Both the position numbers and the translations under genes were made by a program. From an uncultured Muribaculaceae bacterium (GTDB lineage Bacteria; Pseudomonadota; Alphaproteobacteria; Rs-D84), in contig OZ246409.1 of assembly GCA_965231035.1 (NCBI GenBank), forward strand, positions 257,222 through 321,221: DNA of 64,000 bases, read 5' to 3'. Shown one piece after another: positions 26,113-36,754 of the stretch. The notes under the pieces are model-generated. The model worked only from the letters and a program-made list of their open reading frames with translations, was not told the DNA's origin and did not search any database. Every line of letters starts with the position of its first letter. The first letter of the stretch is position 1.

Positions 26113-28851
26113 ATGAAAAAGATTTGGTCTTTTGCTTTATGTTGCATTATCAGCATCAGTTTTGCTGACGCTTCGCAACGCACAGAAACTTCTATAAATC
26201 GTGAACCAGTTTCAACTTCACAACGTACCGCAACTGTTCAAAAAGAATCTGCAAAAGTTAATTCCAGAACTGGTTCTGTACGTGAGGTTTCGGTCAGAAA
26301 CAGTTCTAATACATTGTCACGATCAGCTGTTACAACCCCCAGAAAAAACACTACAATTTCTGCAAGGTCGGCAACAACCACAACAAAAGCAAGAACAACT
26401 GTTACCAGAAACGTCCCGGTTACAAAAAACAATCTGATATCCCGAACAACCACAACAACATCAGATTCAAAAACCTTTGGCAGTGGATATAACGCTTGCA
26501 GGGACTCTTATTTCACCTGTATGGATCAATTTTGTGCAAAACAAGATGAAACATATCAACGCTGTGCTTGTTCATCCAGATTGGAAGAAATAAAAAGCAA
26601 AGAACGCGCACTTTCACAAACCAAGCAGCAATTACAAGATTTCAAGGATTTAAATATTGATTCAATATCCAAGACCAGGAACGAGGTCAAGGCTATGGTG
26701 AATGCCAGTGCTGGTGAATCCGCAACTGATAAATCAACTGATACTTCCAGCAGTTCGGAAAAATTATCAGGTATCAGTTCTGTATTAAGCAAGACAAAAT
26801 CCGAATCTTTATCCACCCAAGGTAAATTAGATATTGCCGGTAATATAAATGCTATTTGGTCAACCACAGATTTGACTGCTGGTGCAGATATAATGAATTT
26901 AACCGGGGAAAAACTTTACAATGCTGTTCACGCCCAATGCGTTTCTTTTGCATCTGATTCTTGTGATTCTAAATCAACATTAAATATGGTTGTTACTGCC
27001 TATGGAATGTATATTGAAAATGATTGCACAACACTTTCTAATTCTTTGGCAAAACAAACTACTAACGCATCCGGAAGTATACGTGAAACAGAACAAGCAA
27101 TGAACCAAGCCAGATTAGAAAATTATGATTCACATAATTCTACATCTATTAATGACTGTATATCAAACGTTCGCAAAGATATAACTGCTGACTCTGCTTG
27201 TGGTAAAGATTATATTCACTGTTTGGACATAACTGGAAAATATCTTAACAGCGATACAGGAGAGCCTATATACAGCTCGGACTTTTATCAGTTAGAATTA
27301 CAAACATCTTTATCAGGGGATATTTTAACAAACCAGACAAATAGGTTGCTTGTAAATGAGTTAAATAAAAAGAAAGAGTTCGTAACAAACGATTTATCCA
27401 AGTGTAGCGATTTGTCATCTGATGTGTGGGATGAATTTATGCGTCAAGCAATTACCGAAATATATCAAGGCCAGCAAGAAAGAATCCGAGAAGTTAAAAA
27501 CGAATGTATTGATGTTGTTAACGATTGCTATGACACACAAAGCAAATCTTTGAAAGATTTTAGTAATGTAAAAGAACAGCTTTTGTTGGGATCAAGATTA
27601 GAATTATCTGAAGAAATGTGCAAAGAAAAACTTAATGCATGCAGCAATCTTTACGGTGGTGGTGAACCAGGACTAGAAGAACTTGTTACAACCATGCATA
27701 ATATTACAGATCAGAAAATTGCTAAAGATTGCAAAACAACACTGGAAGATTATGCAAAAAGTATTTGTGCTGTACCATCCAGCGACATTGTCCATGGATA
27801 CCCTTTTGCATGTCGCACATACGCACCAGGCGAACAAAAGTATGCCTCTATTTCGTCGTGTAATCTTGTATTTTCGACCGGAACTTTGAATGTTATTGAT
27901 ACCGGGTATACTGCTGGTGTTGATAATGGAACTGGAACTGTTAATTTCATTTGCAGAGATAACACAATTTATACAAATTGCAGTTATGGATATTACATGG
28001 CTTATTTAACCAATGGTTTTTACATTTATGACGGAACTCCAAAACCTGGTAATAAATGTCTAAAATGTCCTACACTTGCATCTAATGGAACATCAGCGGT
28101 TAGTTACAATTGTAATGGTGGAACAGAAGCTCCTGCACAGATAACAAATGAAAATACAAGTAATGTTACATGTGGTGATGATTATGTAGGAAGTTTGTAT
28201 CAAAAAATTGTTAGATATGCATTACAGACCTGCACCAGACCTTCGGATTCTACAGAAGTTTTACCTTATGCAATTTTAGCCGATGTGAATGTTGTTATGG
28301 ATTCAATAAAATCAGCAATGGGCACGCAGTTGTCCGATGAATGTGAACGTCTTGGTGGTATTTGGGTTAATACTCCAGGAAATAATGTATCTTCTGATAA
28401 AATATTAACATCATTTTATACCGAGACCAGTTCTAATAAAAAATGGGGGTATTGTTCTGTTACACCAGCCATAGTATGCCCAAAATTTTCCACTTCGGAT
28501 TCCAGTTGTGTATCTACTGATTCATCGGGTGTATCTGGTGGTTGTGCAATAGCAAAATGCAGATGTGTTTCCGGAACATATTCAAATGGGTCTGGAGGAT
28601 GTACGCCGGGTACATACAGTTGCCAAGGAGCCTGTGGTACCCAAAGAACGACATTTACTGCAAGTTCACAAACACCTGTTACAACAGCATGGACGGGCGG
28701 TGATAATTATAAGATACGTAGAAAATATAGTGTATTATGTTCCAATTGGATAACTGTAAGTGGGGGTACTTGCACTTCTGCTAATTTCACAGCTTATTAC
28801 ACTTCGTGTTTAAACGATAATAATTTCACTACGCTAGTAACTTGCGATTAG
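26113..28851 (+). CDS. Large secreted cysteine-rich protein, family member 4
   Basis: Signal peptide; S/T/R-rich region; CRDSYFTCMDQFCAKQDETYQRCACSSR; ACGKDYIHCLDITGKYLNSDTGEPIY; Cys-rich C-terminal third. Confidence 0.7.
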   Translation: MKKIWSFALCCIISISFADASQRTETSINREPVSTSQRTATVQKESAKVNSRTGSVREVSVRNSSNTLSRSAVTTPRKNTTISARSATTTTKARTTVTRNVPVTKNNLISRTTTTTSDSKTFGSGYNACRDSYFTCMDQFCAKQDETYQRCACSSRLEEIKSKERALSQTKQQLQDFKDLNIDSISKTRNEVKAMVNASAGESATDKSTDTSSSSEKLSGISSVLSKTKSESLSTQGKLDIAGNINAIWSTTDLTAGADIMNLTGEKLYNAVHAQCVSFASDSCDSKSTLNMVVTAYGMYIENDCTTLSNSLAKQTTNASGSIRETEQAMNQARLENYDSHNSTSINDCISNVRKDITADSACGKDYIHCLDITGKYLNSDTGEPIYSSDFYQLELQTSLSGDILTNQTNRLLVNELNKKKEFVTNDLSKCSDLSSDVWDEFMRQAITEIYQGQQERIREVKNECIDVVNDCYDTQSKSLKDFSNVKEQLLLGSRLELSEEMCKEKLNACSNLYGGGEPGLEELVTTMHNITDQKIAKDCKTTLEDYAKSICAVPSSDIVHGYPFACRTYAPGEQKYASISSCNLVFSTGTLNVIDTGYTAGVDNGTGTVNFICRDNTIYTNCSYGYYMAYLTNGFYIYDGTPKPGNKCLKCPTLASNGTSAVSYNCNGGTEAPAQITNENTSNVTCGDDYVGSLYQKIVRYALQTCTRPSDSTEVLPYAILADVNVVMDSIKSAMGTQLSDECERLGGIWVNTPGNNVSSDKILTSFYTETSSNKKWGYCSVTPAIVCPKFSTSDSSCVSTDSSGVSGGCAIAKCRCVSGTYSNGSGGCTPGTYSCQGACGTQRTTFTASSQTPVTTAWTGGDNYKIRRKYSVLCSNWITVSGGTCTSANFTAYYTSCLNDNNFTTLVTCD

Positions 28852-28890
28852 TACAAAAATTTGATAGAATACAAAAAACAGGTATAAATC

Positions 28891-29622
28891 ATGAAAAAAT
28901 TATTTTATGCACCTTTATTTTCGCTAATTTTTTCTGCACACGCGGGTGCTTTATCTGCCCCAAGTGCAACCCCTTGGTGGCTGCAACCAACTATTTGTAA
29001 ACCTAATACTACAAATTGTTATTCAAATATGGGCGCCGGGTATGATTCTGGTATGTGGGATGCAACAAGCAATTGCTGGGGATTGAAAAAAATTTGTGCC
29101 GAAGCTACAACTTCTACATCAGATGAAGATTATGTCGAAATGGGACGTGTTACAATTGCAAATGGTACAGGTATAAATTCTGACTTTGATACTACTGTTT
29201 TAAATGGTGATTGTTTTGGTGCAAGAAAAACAACTGCCAGCGGAACACTTGCTTCGGTTAGTGGAAGTTATGTTAATGTTTGGTGTAATGGGATTTTGGA
29301 CAACCCAGGGGATACCGTTTCAAATGGTGAAATTCAAATTGGAACCCAACCAACATGCAAAGATTTGGCGGCAAATGGTTGGGTTGCTGTTTTGAATCAA
29401 CGCTGTTATGGGAAATATTATGATCCTGAAAAATACTATATTGAGTGTGAAGGAACAAATCTGTTACCAAAAAGGATTATTGTTCTGAATGGATCACAAA
29501 AGTTTACTGGAACTGGTTCTGCACCAAGTGCAAATTATCCTGTTGATGCAAATGCGGCGGATACTTTATTTGATAAAATGTTTAATGTTTCAAATAATAA
29601 AAAATCAGACCATTTTAAGTAA
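28891..29622 (+). CDS. Hypothetical secreted protein that contains cysteines
   Basis: Signal peptide MKKLFYAPLFSLIFSAHAGA; paired cysteines throughout; no recognised domain. Confidence 0.45.
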   Translation: MKKLFYAPLFSLIFSAHAGALSAPSATPWWLQPTICKPNTTNCYSNMGAGYDSGMWDATSNCWGLKKICAEATTSTSDEDYVEMGRVTIANGTGINSDFDTTVLNGDCFGARKTTASGTLASVSGSYVNVWCNGILDNPGDTVSNGEIQIGTQPTCKDLAANGWVAVLNQRCYGKYYDPEKYYIECEGTNLLPKRIIVLNGSQKFTGTGSAPSANYPVDANAADTLFDKMFNVSNNKKSDHFK

Positions 29623-29629
29623 TACAAAT

Positions 29630-29661
29630 AAAAAACCGGAATTCTGATTCCGGTTTTTTTC
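29630..29661. terminator. Bidirectional intrinsic terminator
   Basis: aaaaAACCGGAATtctgATTCCGGTTttttttt sits between convergent genes. Confidence 0.5.
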
Positions 29662-29670
29662 TTTCAATTT

Positions 29671-30942
29671 CTATGCAGCCTTTTTGGAACCTTCCAGTAT
29701 TTCAACTGGCGGCTTTTTATCCTGAACCACTTCAGCATCAATTACAATCTCTTTCAAATCTTCTTTGTCTGGTGCATCAAACATAGGTTTTAACAATATT
29801 TTTTCCAAAATACTACGTAATCCACGCGCACCAGTTTTGCGAACCGATGCAACTTTGGCGATTTCAGATAACCCATCTTCGGTTATATTAAGCTTTACAC
29901 CATCCATTTCCAGCATTGCTGTAAACTGTTTTACTATTGCATTTTTTGGCTCGGTTAATATTCTGACCAAAGATTTTTCATCCAGATTATCCAGAACTGT
30001 TATCACAGGCAAACGACCGACCAATTCTGGGATAATTCCAAATTTTACCAAATCTTCTGGTTGAACTTGGAATAAATTATTTTTTTCGTCACGATCTTTC
30101 TTGGATTGAACGTTTGCACCAAAACCAATCGCAGCACGGTCAGCAGTACGATGACCAATTATTTTATTTAATCCATCAAATGCACCACCACAAATAAATA
30201 ATATTTTGCTGGTATCAACTTGGACTGTTGTTTCACCAGGGTGTTTGCGTCCTCCGCCACTGGCGGGAACATTAGCAACTGTCCCTTCGACCAATTTCAA
30301 CAGCGCCTGCTGAACACCTTCTCCAGAAACATCACGTGTCAAAGAAGGATTTTCGGATTTTCTGGAAATTTTATCAATTTCATCAATATAAATTATCCCC
30401 TTCTGTGCACGATCAACATCAAAATTTGCATTTTGTAATAAACGAGTCAGAACACTTTCAACGTCATCACCAACGTATCCAGCCTCGGTAAGTGTTGTTG
30501 CATCTGCAATCGCAAAAGGAACATCTAAAATTTTTGCCAAAGTTTGTGCGAAAAGCGTCTTACCAGTTCCAGTTGGTCCAATCATTAATATGTTTGATTT
30601 TTGAATTTCAACATTAGAAGTCACGCCTGCACTATGACGTTTATAGTGATTATAAACAGCCACGGACAAAGTACGTTTTGCTTCATCTTGGCCAATTACA
30701 TAATCATTAAGATATTTATAAATCTTTGAAGGAGTCGGCAGTTTTGATGCGTCTTTATTGATTTCTGTACGCATATCATCTGCCATAATATCGTTACAAA
30801 GATTTATACATTCATCACAAATGCAAACATTTTTGCCGGAAACCAGCTTTTTTACTTCATACACGGCCTTGCCGCAAAAGCTGCAAACCTGTTGCGGGTC
30901 GTGTTGGTGTGTTTCTTGTGATTTTACTTTATCTTCGCTCAT
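29671..30942 (-). CDS. clpX: ATP-dependent Clp protease ATP-binding subunit ClpX
   Basis: N-terminal C4 zinc finger CSFCGK...CICDEC; Walker A GPTGTGKT; IYIDEIDKI. Confidence 0.9.
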   Translation of the reverse strand: MSEDKVKSQETHQHDPQQVCSFCGKAVYEVKKLVSGKNVCICDECINLCNDIMADDMRTEINKDASKLPTPSKIYKYLNDYVIGQDEAKRTLSVAVYNHYKRHSAGVTSNVEIQKSNILMIGPTGTGKTLFAQTLAKILDVPFAIADATTLTEAGYVGDDVESVLTRLLQNANFDVDRAQKGIIYIDEIDKISRKSENPSLTRDVSGEGVQQALLKLVEGTVANVPASGGGRKHPGETTVQVDTSKILFICGGAFDGLNKIIGHRTADRAAIGFGANVQSKKDRDEKNNLFQVQPEDLVKFGIIPELVGRLPVITVLDNLDEKSLVRILTEPKNAIVKQFTAMLEMDGVKLNITEDGLSEIAKVASVRKTGARGLRSILEKILLKPMFDAPDKEDLKEIVIDAEVVQDKKPPVEILEGSKKAA

Positions 30943-30977
30943 CTTGATCCCTCTTAACTTTTTTATACAGTCAGAGT

Positions 30978-31559
30978 TTATTTTTTAACTAAAATTTCAT
31001 CAACCAGTCCAAAGCTTTTTGCTTCTTCAGCAGTCATCCAGTTATCGCGTTCCATGGCATCAAAAACTTCTTTCTCTTTGCGACCTGTGAATTCAGCCAT
31101 TTGTTTAGTTAATTTTTTCTTATTCTTTTGAAATTGATTTATTTGAATTTCCATGTCAGTAACCTGACCCTGAGCCCCAGCGTGTGGCTGATGAATCATT
31201 ACCTGAGTATTCGGTAAAAGAAATCTTTTACCTCTTTCACCTGCTCCTAAAATAACGGAACCGGCAGAAGCAACTAGACCTACACCAATTGTAGAAACTG
31301 GTGACTTGATGTATTGCATAGTATCCATAATCGCCCAGCATGCGGACAAATCCCCACCAGGACTGTTTATATACAAAGAAATATCAGCATTTGGATTTTC
31401 TGACTCTAAAAACAATAATTGTGCAACAATTGTATTTGCCATACGTGTTTCAAATTCACCCTGAAGCATAATAATTCTGTCGCGCAGCAAACGTGAATAA
31501 ATATCAAAACTGCGTTCACCACGTGGAGATTCTTCTATAACCATTGGAATTAAAGACAT
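30978..31559 (-). CDS. clpP: ATP-dependent Clp protease proteolytic subunit ClpP
   Basis: [12 protein letters not shown]...LYINSPGG...[16 protein letters not shown]. The catalytic Ser/His context is present. Confidence 0.9.
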   Translation of the reverse strand: MSLIPMVIEESPRGERSFDIYSRLLRDRIIMLQGEFETRMANTIVAQLLFLESENPNADISLYINSPGGDLSACWAIMDTMQYIKSPVSTIGVGLVASAGSVILGAGERGKRFLLPNTQVMIHQPHAGAQGQVTDMEIQINQFQKNKKKLTKQMAEFTGRKEKEVFDAMERDNWMTAEEAKSFGLVDEILVKK

Positions 31560-31710
31560 TTTTTCGTCCTTTTTAATTTATTATAAACTATACCATACAA
31601 AAATCCGATTCGCGAATTTATCATATACATAGGCAGTTTCGAACAAAATTCAAGGGGATGAACTTATATTTGTGGCGGATTTTCAAAGAAAATGTTGTTA
31701 ATGTATACAA

Positions 31711-31742
31711 TTAATTGACAAAGCTTATATTTGTATTACTAT
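31711..31742 (+). promoter_or_regulatory. Copy A of the conserved 30-bp promoter/operator motif TTAATTGACAA-N-TTAyATrTTTGTATTAmT (-35 TTGACA, 16-nt spacer, -10 TACTAT)
   Basis: Near-identical copies are at 40581-40612 and 40979-41010. Confidence 0.5.
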
Positions 31743-31792
31743 TTTGTACATAAACACTGTTTTAATAAACAGGTAATTTAAAAGATAAATCT

Positions 31793-32110
31793 TTGACGAA
31801 CTCTAATAAAACCTTTTCAAAAAATAATCTGATAACGTCTGTAGAATTACATGATAAAGACATCGGTTTTCAAATATATTGCGATAGTTGTGTGAAGAAC
31901 AAAAATTGCCCAAGAAAAACTATACCTGACTGCAATTTTATTGATTCTTTGGAAATAATTATCGATAAGCAAGATATTGTCGAAAAACCACATATTGAAG
32001 AAAATAATTCTGGTAAGCATATTTTTATACAAACCAAAAATGGCGTAATTGAAAAACAAGAAGAACAAATTAAAAAATTGATTAATTTTTATAAGATAAA
32101 GACAAAATAA
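31793..32110 (+). CDS. Small hypothetical protein (TTG start; the only long ORF downstream of motif copy A)
   Basis: 105-aa ORF with a weak RBS; CDSC...NCPRK...PDC cysteines. Confidence 0.3.
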   Translation: MTNSNKTFSKNNLITSVELHDKDIGFQIYCDSCVKNKNCPRKTIPDCNFIDSLEIIIDKQDIVEKPHIEENNSGKHIFIQTKNGVIEKQEEQIKKLINFYKIKTK

Positions 32111-32133
32111 AAAACCGCCAAATGGCGGTTTTA
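32108..32133. terminator. Bidirectional intrinsic terminator
   Basis: aaaaAACCGCCaaatGGCGGTTtt. Confidence 0.45.
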
Positions 32134-33297
32134 AATTTCCAATGCTTTTATACCCGGTAATTCCAGACCTTCGATAAATTCCAAGAATGCACCACCACCA
32201 GTTGAAACATAAGTAATATCATCTTTGACACCAATTTGTTCCAGCGCAGTTACAGTGTCACCACCGCCGACAATACTTTCCAATTTTCCACTACGCGTTT
32301 GTTCTGCAATTTTTTGTGCAATTTCAAAGGTTGAATAACCCCAAACTTTACCCCACTCTGCCATACCAAGTGTTCCATTCCAAACAACAGTTTTTACACT
32401 TTCTATTACTTCTATATTTCTTTTTGTGGTTTGAATTCCAGAATCCATAATAACATCGCTGGCAACCATTTCAGAAAATGTTTTATTTATCCGAACAGCA
32501 CTTTGTGAAAATTCTTTTCCAACTCCTTTGTCCAATGGGATATAAAGTTCGCAATCGTTTTGTTTTGCGAATTCAGTTAAATCTGATGCTGCTTTTAGTA
32601 TTTCAGGCTCGCACTTAAAATCACCAGTATTAGCACCAGTTGCAGCAATAAAGGTTGTACCAATCATTCCATCTACAATAACTTTGTCTGACAATTTAAT
32701 CAATGATTTCAAAACACCTATTTTTGTAGAAAGCTTGCTGCCCCCGACAATAGATAATAATGGACGCTTTGGGTTTTGCATTAACTTATTCAGATTTGCA
32801 ATTTCAGACAAAAGCAAGTCGCCCGCATAAGACGGTAAAAATTTTGTAACACCAACTGTGCTGGCATGTGCACGGTGGCTGACTGCAAATGCATCATTTA
32901 TAAATAAATCAAAACCATCCGCCAACCTTTTTGCAAATTCTGGATTGTTTTCTTCTTCGTCCGCATAAAAACGAACATTTTCTAACAAAACAACTTCACC
33001 GTCTTTCATATCCCCCATAAAATCCTTATCTAAACAATCTGGAATTAATTTAATCTTCATATATTCAGCAACTGGTGCCAAAGTATATTTCATATCACGC
33101 GTACCCTTTGGGCGACCAAGGTGTGCACAGATTACAATTTTCGCACCCGCTGACTGCAATTTACGAATTGTTGGCATGCTTTGTTCAATTCTGAAACCGT
33201 CTGTGATTTTTCCGTCAATTATTTGAACATTGAAATCATCGCGCAGCAAAACAAATTTACCTTTTAATTCAAGATTTTCAAAAGTTTTTAATTTCAT
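32131..33297 (-). CDS. pgk: Phosphoglycerate kinase
   Basis: RDDFNVQI...ICAHLGRPKG...; C-terminal GGGDTV and STGGGAFLE. Confidence 0.9.
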   Translation of the reverse strand: MKLKTFENLELKGKFVLLRDDFNVQIIDGKITDGFRIEQSMPTIRKLQSAGAKIVICAHLGRPKGTRDMKYTLAPVAEYMKIKLIPDCLDKDFMGDMKDGEVVLLENVRFYADEEENNPEFAKRLADGFDLFINDAFAVSHRAHASTVGVTKFLPSYAGDLLLSEIANLNKLMQNPKRPLLSIVGGSKLSTKIGVLKSLIKLSDKVIVDGMIGTTFIAATGANTGDFKCEPEILKAASDLTEFAKQNDCELYIPLDKGVGKEFSQSAVRINKTFSEMVASDVIMDSGIQTTKRNIEVIESVKTVVWNGTLGMAEWGKVWGYSTFEIAQKIAEQTRSGKLESIVGGGDTVTALEQIGVKDDITYVSTGGGAFLEFIEGLELPGIKALEI

Positions 33298-33914
33298 AAT
33301 AAATCCTTTACCGGTTTGAAAGTTTTTCTGTAATGCTGATTTATACCATATTTCTTGATTGCTTGCAAATGTGCTGCTGTTGGATAACCTGCATTTTTAT
33401 TCCATCCGTATTGCGGGAATTCAACTGCCAATTCGCACATAATTTTATCGCGTGTTTCCTTTGCAATAATTGATGCCGCAGCAATTGATATTGATTTTGA
33501 ATCACCTTTTATAATTGCGCGTCCGATTAAATCTTTTGGTGTTCTGTTTCCATCAAACAGACAAAATTCAGGTTTTTTGGACAAAGATTCGACTGCACGT
33601 TTCATAGCCAACATAGAGGCCCATAAAATATTCAATTCATCGATTTCATTTGGTGAACAAGATCCAACCGCCCAAATTGTATTTTTTATAATCCAATCAT
33701 ATGCGGCTGCACGCAATTTATGATTCATCTGTTTTGAATCAGTTATTAAAACTGGTATTTCTATATTTTTTTTTGGAAAAATAACTGCAGCTGCAACTAC
33801 AGGCCCACAAAGAGGACCACGCCCAGCTTCGTCACATCCGGCAACAAAATCAAAACCACTTTCTTGTTCAAAACAAAAATCAGGAAAACTTTTCATACCG
33901 CGCATTTTACACAA
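33294..33914 (-). CDS. rnhB: Ribonuclease HII
   Basis: [34 protein letters not shown]. The start may be a few codons downstream of the track start. Confidence 0.8.
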   Translation of the reverse strand: MCKMRGMKSFPDFCFEQESGFDFVAGCDEAGRGPLCGPVVAAAVIFPKKNIEIPVLITDSKQMNHKLRAAAYDWIIKNTIWAVGSCSPNEIDELNILWASMLAMKRAVESLSKKPEFCLFDGNRTPKDLIGRAIIKGDSKSISIAAASIIAKETRDKIMCELAVEFPQYGWNKNAGYPTAAHLQAIKKYGINQHYRKTFKPVKDLL

Positions 33915-33993
33915 ATAATATAATAAAATAAAATCATTTAATATTTGACATTAATAATATTTTGTCTAAAATATTTTTAAAGGAAAAGAAAAT

Positions 33994-34329
33994 ATGCCAG
34001 ATAAAAGAAACTGCATTACAAAAATTTTGCTGACAAAAAAAGATAATAAACCTATTAAAGGTACTGGTGGTATAACCATTTCTAAAAACGAACATTATTG
34101 CTTTAAATCTAAAGAATTAGATTCTTGCCCCGTTTTGACTGGTGCTAAAAATATAAAAGTATGCAGTTGCGAAGAAGAATTTTGTATTGCTGTTCCAGAA
34201 GGCTGTGATATTAATAAAACACTCGCTGGCTTATATTCAGAAAAATTAATTAATCCCGAAGTTTTTTTTGCAAAATCAATGATTGAAAGAATGATACGTT
34301 TAGGCAGAAAAAGAAATAAACATAAATAA
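33994..34329 (+). CDS. Small hypothetical Cys-containing basic protein
   Basis: Preceded by TTGACA-N16-TAAAAT and an AAAGGAAAAG RBS. CFKSKELDSCP...CSCEEEFC. Confidence 0.35.
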   Translation: MPDKRNCITKILLTKKDNKPIKGTGGITISKNEHYCFKSKELDSCPVLTGAKNIKVCSCEEEFCIAVPEGCDINKTLAGLYSEKLINPEVFFAKSMIERMIRLGRKRNKHK

Positions 34330-34343
34330 TAATATTATTATTT

Positions 34344-36065
34344 TTATATTGCCATTCTGTCAGCAATCTGTTTTTGAACATACTCATCTTGGCTACTGTA
34401 CAGTGGCCATTTACCCTCGGCCAGGTCTTCCATGGATGTCAAAGGTTGATCCAGTCTTGCACGATATAACCACAGGTTTGACATAACACGTTTAATGTAA
34501 CAACGTGTTTCATACGCAGGGAAACTTTCAATATATAACAACGGATCTGACGTATCAAAATTTCTTTGGAATCTTATCATCATCCCCATACCAGCATTAT
34601 AAGCAATCAACATTTTTATTATATTGTTCTTGATACTGGGGTGTGCTAATAAATCAACAATATGCTGTTGCCCCAAGAACATATTATGTTCCGGATTTGA
34701 CATATCCAATTGTGACATTTTAATTTTATTTTGACGCGCAACCAATCTGGCTGTACCAGGCATCAGTTGCATTAACCCCTTGGCACCTGCTGTTGATTTT
34801 GCACCAGTTTTAAAGCCGCTTTCTTGTCTGGTAATTGCAAATAACAAAGCACGATCAATTGACCATCCACCCATTGGTTCCCAGTCCGGTAACGGATATT
34901 GCGCGGAATAAATAATATCTTGGTCAATTTCCAAAATTCCACGATCTTTGATAACATCAGCAACCTGCATCGAAGTGCGAGGCAACGCGTACGCGGTTGA
35001 AACAGAATTTACAGCATGCAAAGTTTTATCTGATGCTTTTGCAGTTATTAATAATTTCATATATTGTTCTGCTCTGTCATTTTGCCCAATTTGTATCAAG
35101 GCCAAAGCTTCTTTACCATAATTACTGTTTTTTAATTCTTCAATATCTTCGTCCGTAGAATCTTGTTCAAAGAATTCATAGCTTGGCAAATCACCCATCA
35201 TTGTTGCTGACAAAGCACCATAAAAAGACATTGGATGTTCAGCTGCAATTTTCCAATATGTTTTTGCACTACTTCTGTCATCGTTTGCTTCTGCAGCACG
35301 ACCAGCCCAGAATGCAGCCTCGGTCTTTCGGGCATTATTTATCTGACTCAATTTTAAAATTTCGCTGAAATATTTTTCGCTTTCTGCGTATTTTTCTTCT
35401 TTGAAATATAACAATCCCATAGTCCACAAACCATATTCTGATTTTTCATCAGATGCAACAAAGCCCCATTTTTTTGCCAATTCAAATTCACCGTTTGTAT
35501 AATAAACAAATGATAAACGACCAGCTAGACGTCCATAGTCGGATTCCGTCAATCTGCGTTTGAATAAATTATCTTCCAGTATATTTTTGGCATTCTTTGT
35601 GCTGCCACTGCGGATTGACCTTTTGAATCTGGTAATTCTGGTCGCAGTATCACCATGATATTTTTTCTGGGTCCAGTTTTCTGACATTGCTGTTTCATTA
35701 GATTTACCTTCTATCATCTTTGGTAATCTGGGCGGACGCACAGCAGTTTTCTTTATGTGTGCCAAATTATACATACGATCGGAGCCTGGCATATTATAGT
35801 ATTTATACATCCAGTCAGAAATTTCTTTGCCACGTGTATGATATGTTTTTGAAGTATATCTTTGATACAAAACTTCGTTCATCAGCAAAGGATCGGTTAT
35901 TTTCTTTTCCAATTTCATTGCTGCGTCGATTTTCTCCCGTGATTGCAAATCAAAGATTTCTTTGTAAGTTTGGGCATCTTCTGGTGTTAATATCATCGGC
36001 AAATCAGCCGCAAATACTGCAACAGGTAAAACGAGCATAAATATAACTGTTAAAAATTTTTTCAT
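34344..36065 (-). CDS. Soluble lytic murein transglycosylase (Slt family)
   Basis: Signal peptide. The superhelical N-terminal domain is followed by the SLT catalytic motifs ITRQESGF and GAKGLMQLMPGTA and the AYNAG motif. Confidence 0.75.
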   Translation of the reverse strand: MKKFLTVIFMLVLPVAVFAADLPMILTPEDAQTYKEIFDLQSREKIDAAMKLEKKITDPLLMNEVLYQRYTSKTYHTRGKEISDWMYKYYNMPGSDRMYNLAHIKKTAVRPPRLPKMIEGKSNETAMSENWTQKKYHGDTATRITRFKRSIRSGSTKNAKNILEDNLFKRRLTESDYGRLAGRLSFVYYTNGEFELAKKWGFVASDEKSEYGLWTMGLLYFKEEKYAESEKYFSEILKLSQINNARKTEAAFWAGRAAEANDDRSSAKTYWKIAAEHPMSFYGALSATMMGDLPSYEFFEQDSTDEDIEELKNSNYGKEALALIQIGQNDRAEQYMKLLITAKASDKTLHAVNSVSTAYALPRTSMQVADVIKDRGILEIDQDIIYSAQYPLPDWEPMGGWSIDRALLFAITRQESGFKTGAKSTAGAKGLMQLMPGTARLVARQNKIKMSQLDMSNPEHNMFLGQQHIVDLLAHPSIKNNIIKMLIAYNAGMGMMIRFQRNFDTSDPLLYIESFPAYETRCYIKRVMSNLWLYRARLDQPLTSMEDLAEGKWPLYSSQDEYVQKQIADRMAI

Positions 36066-36067
36066 AT

Positions 36068-36568
36068 CTAAAATAATGATGTTTTAGGCAGGTTACAGGC
36101 CTCGGCGCCTTCTTCTGCCTCGGGAATTTGACTGATAATTTTCTTAAAGTCCGAAATCTTGGAAAATTTTCTGTAAACCGATACAAATCGCACAAAAGCA
36201 ATTTGATCCAGGTTCAATAATGAATCAGAAACCATTTTTCCAACCATTTCACTTGTAACAGAATCATCAGCGTTTTCAGTTTCCAGTCGGCGGTGAATCG
36301 AAGTAACAACTTTTTCGATTTGTTCATCACTGACATCGCGGTTACGGCAAGCAATTTTAATACTGCGTTTTAATTTTTCACGATCAAATGGTTCCAGCTT
36401 GCCACTGTTTTTATGAACCAACAAATCACGCATTTGTACGCGTTCAACAGTCGTGAATTTCGCACCACATTGTTCACAAACACGGCGGCGGCGAATAATC
36501 GCGTCTTCTATATCAGGACGGGAATCCTTTACCTGACTTTCAGTAGAGTTACAGTACGGGCATCTCAT
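36068..36568 (-). CDS. nrdR: Transcriptional repressor NrdR
   Basis: MRCPYCNSTESQVKDSR...CEQCGAKFTTVE zinc ribbon plus an ATP-cone. Confidence 0.85.
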   Translation of the reverse strand: MRCPYCNSTESQVKDSRPDIEDAIIRRRRVCEQCGAKFTTVERVQMRDLLVHKNSGKLEPFDREKLKRSIKIACRNRDVSDEQIEKVVTSIHRRLETENADDSVTSEMVGKMVSDSLLNLDQIAFVRFVSVYRKFSKISDFKKIISQIPEAEEGAEACNLPKTSLF

Positions 36569-36754
36569 AACCACCATAAATTAGCAATCTTGAAGCAAAG
36601 AGTAAAGCATAAAGTTTAAAAAATAGTGGTTAAAAAATACGTATTTTTATAAAAATCAAGCTATTTATTTTGCAGATGAACAGCCGCTGGAGCTTTTTTA
36701 GGGGTCAAAAATATGGTAAAATAAGAGATATGACCAGGGTATTCAAAAGAGAGA

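Noticed and set aside
36578-36754. CtrA-box or GANTC-regulated ccrM promoter
   Set aside because: TTAAAAAATAGTGGTTAAAA has TTAA-N9-TTAA spacing, not the N7 CtrA consensus. No GANTC sites were seen in the spacer.
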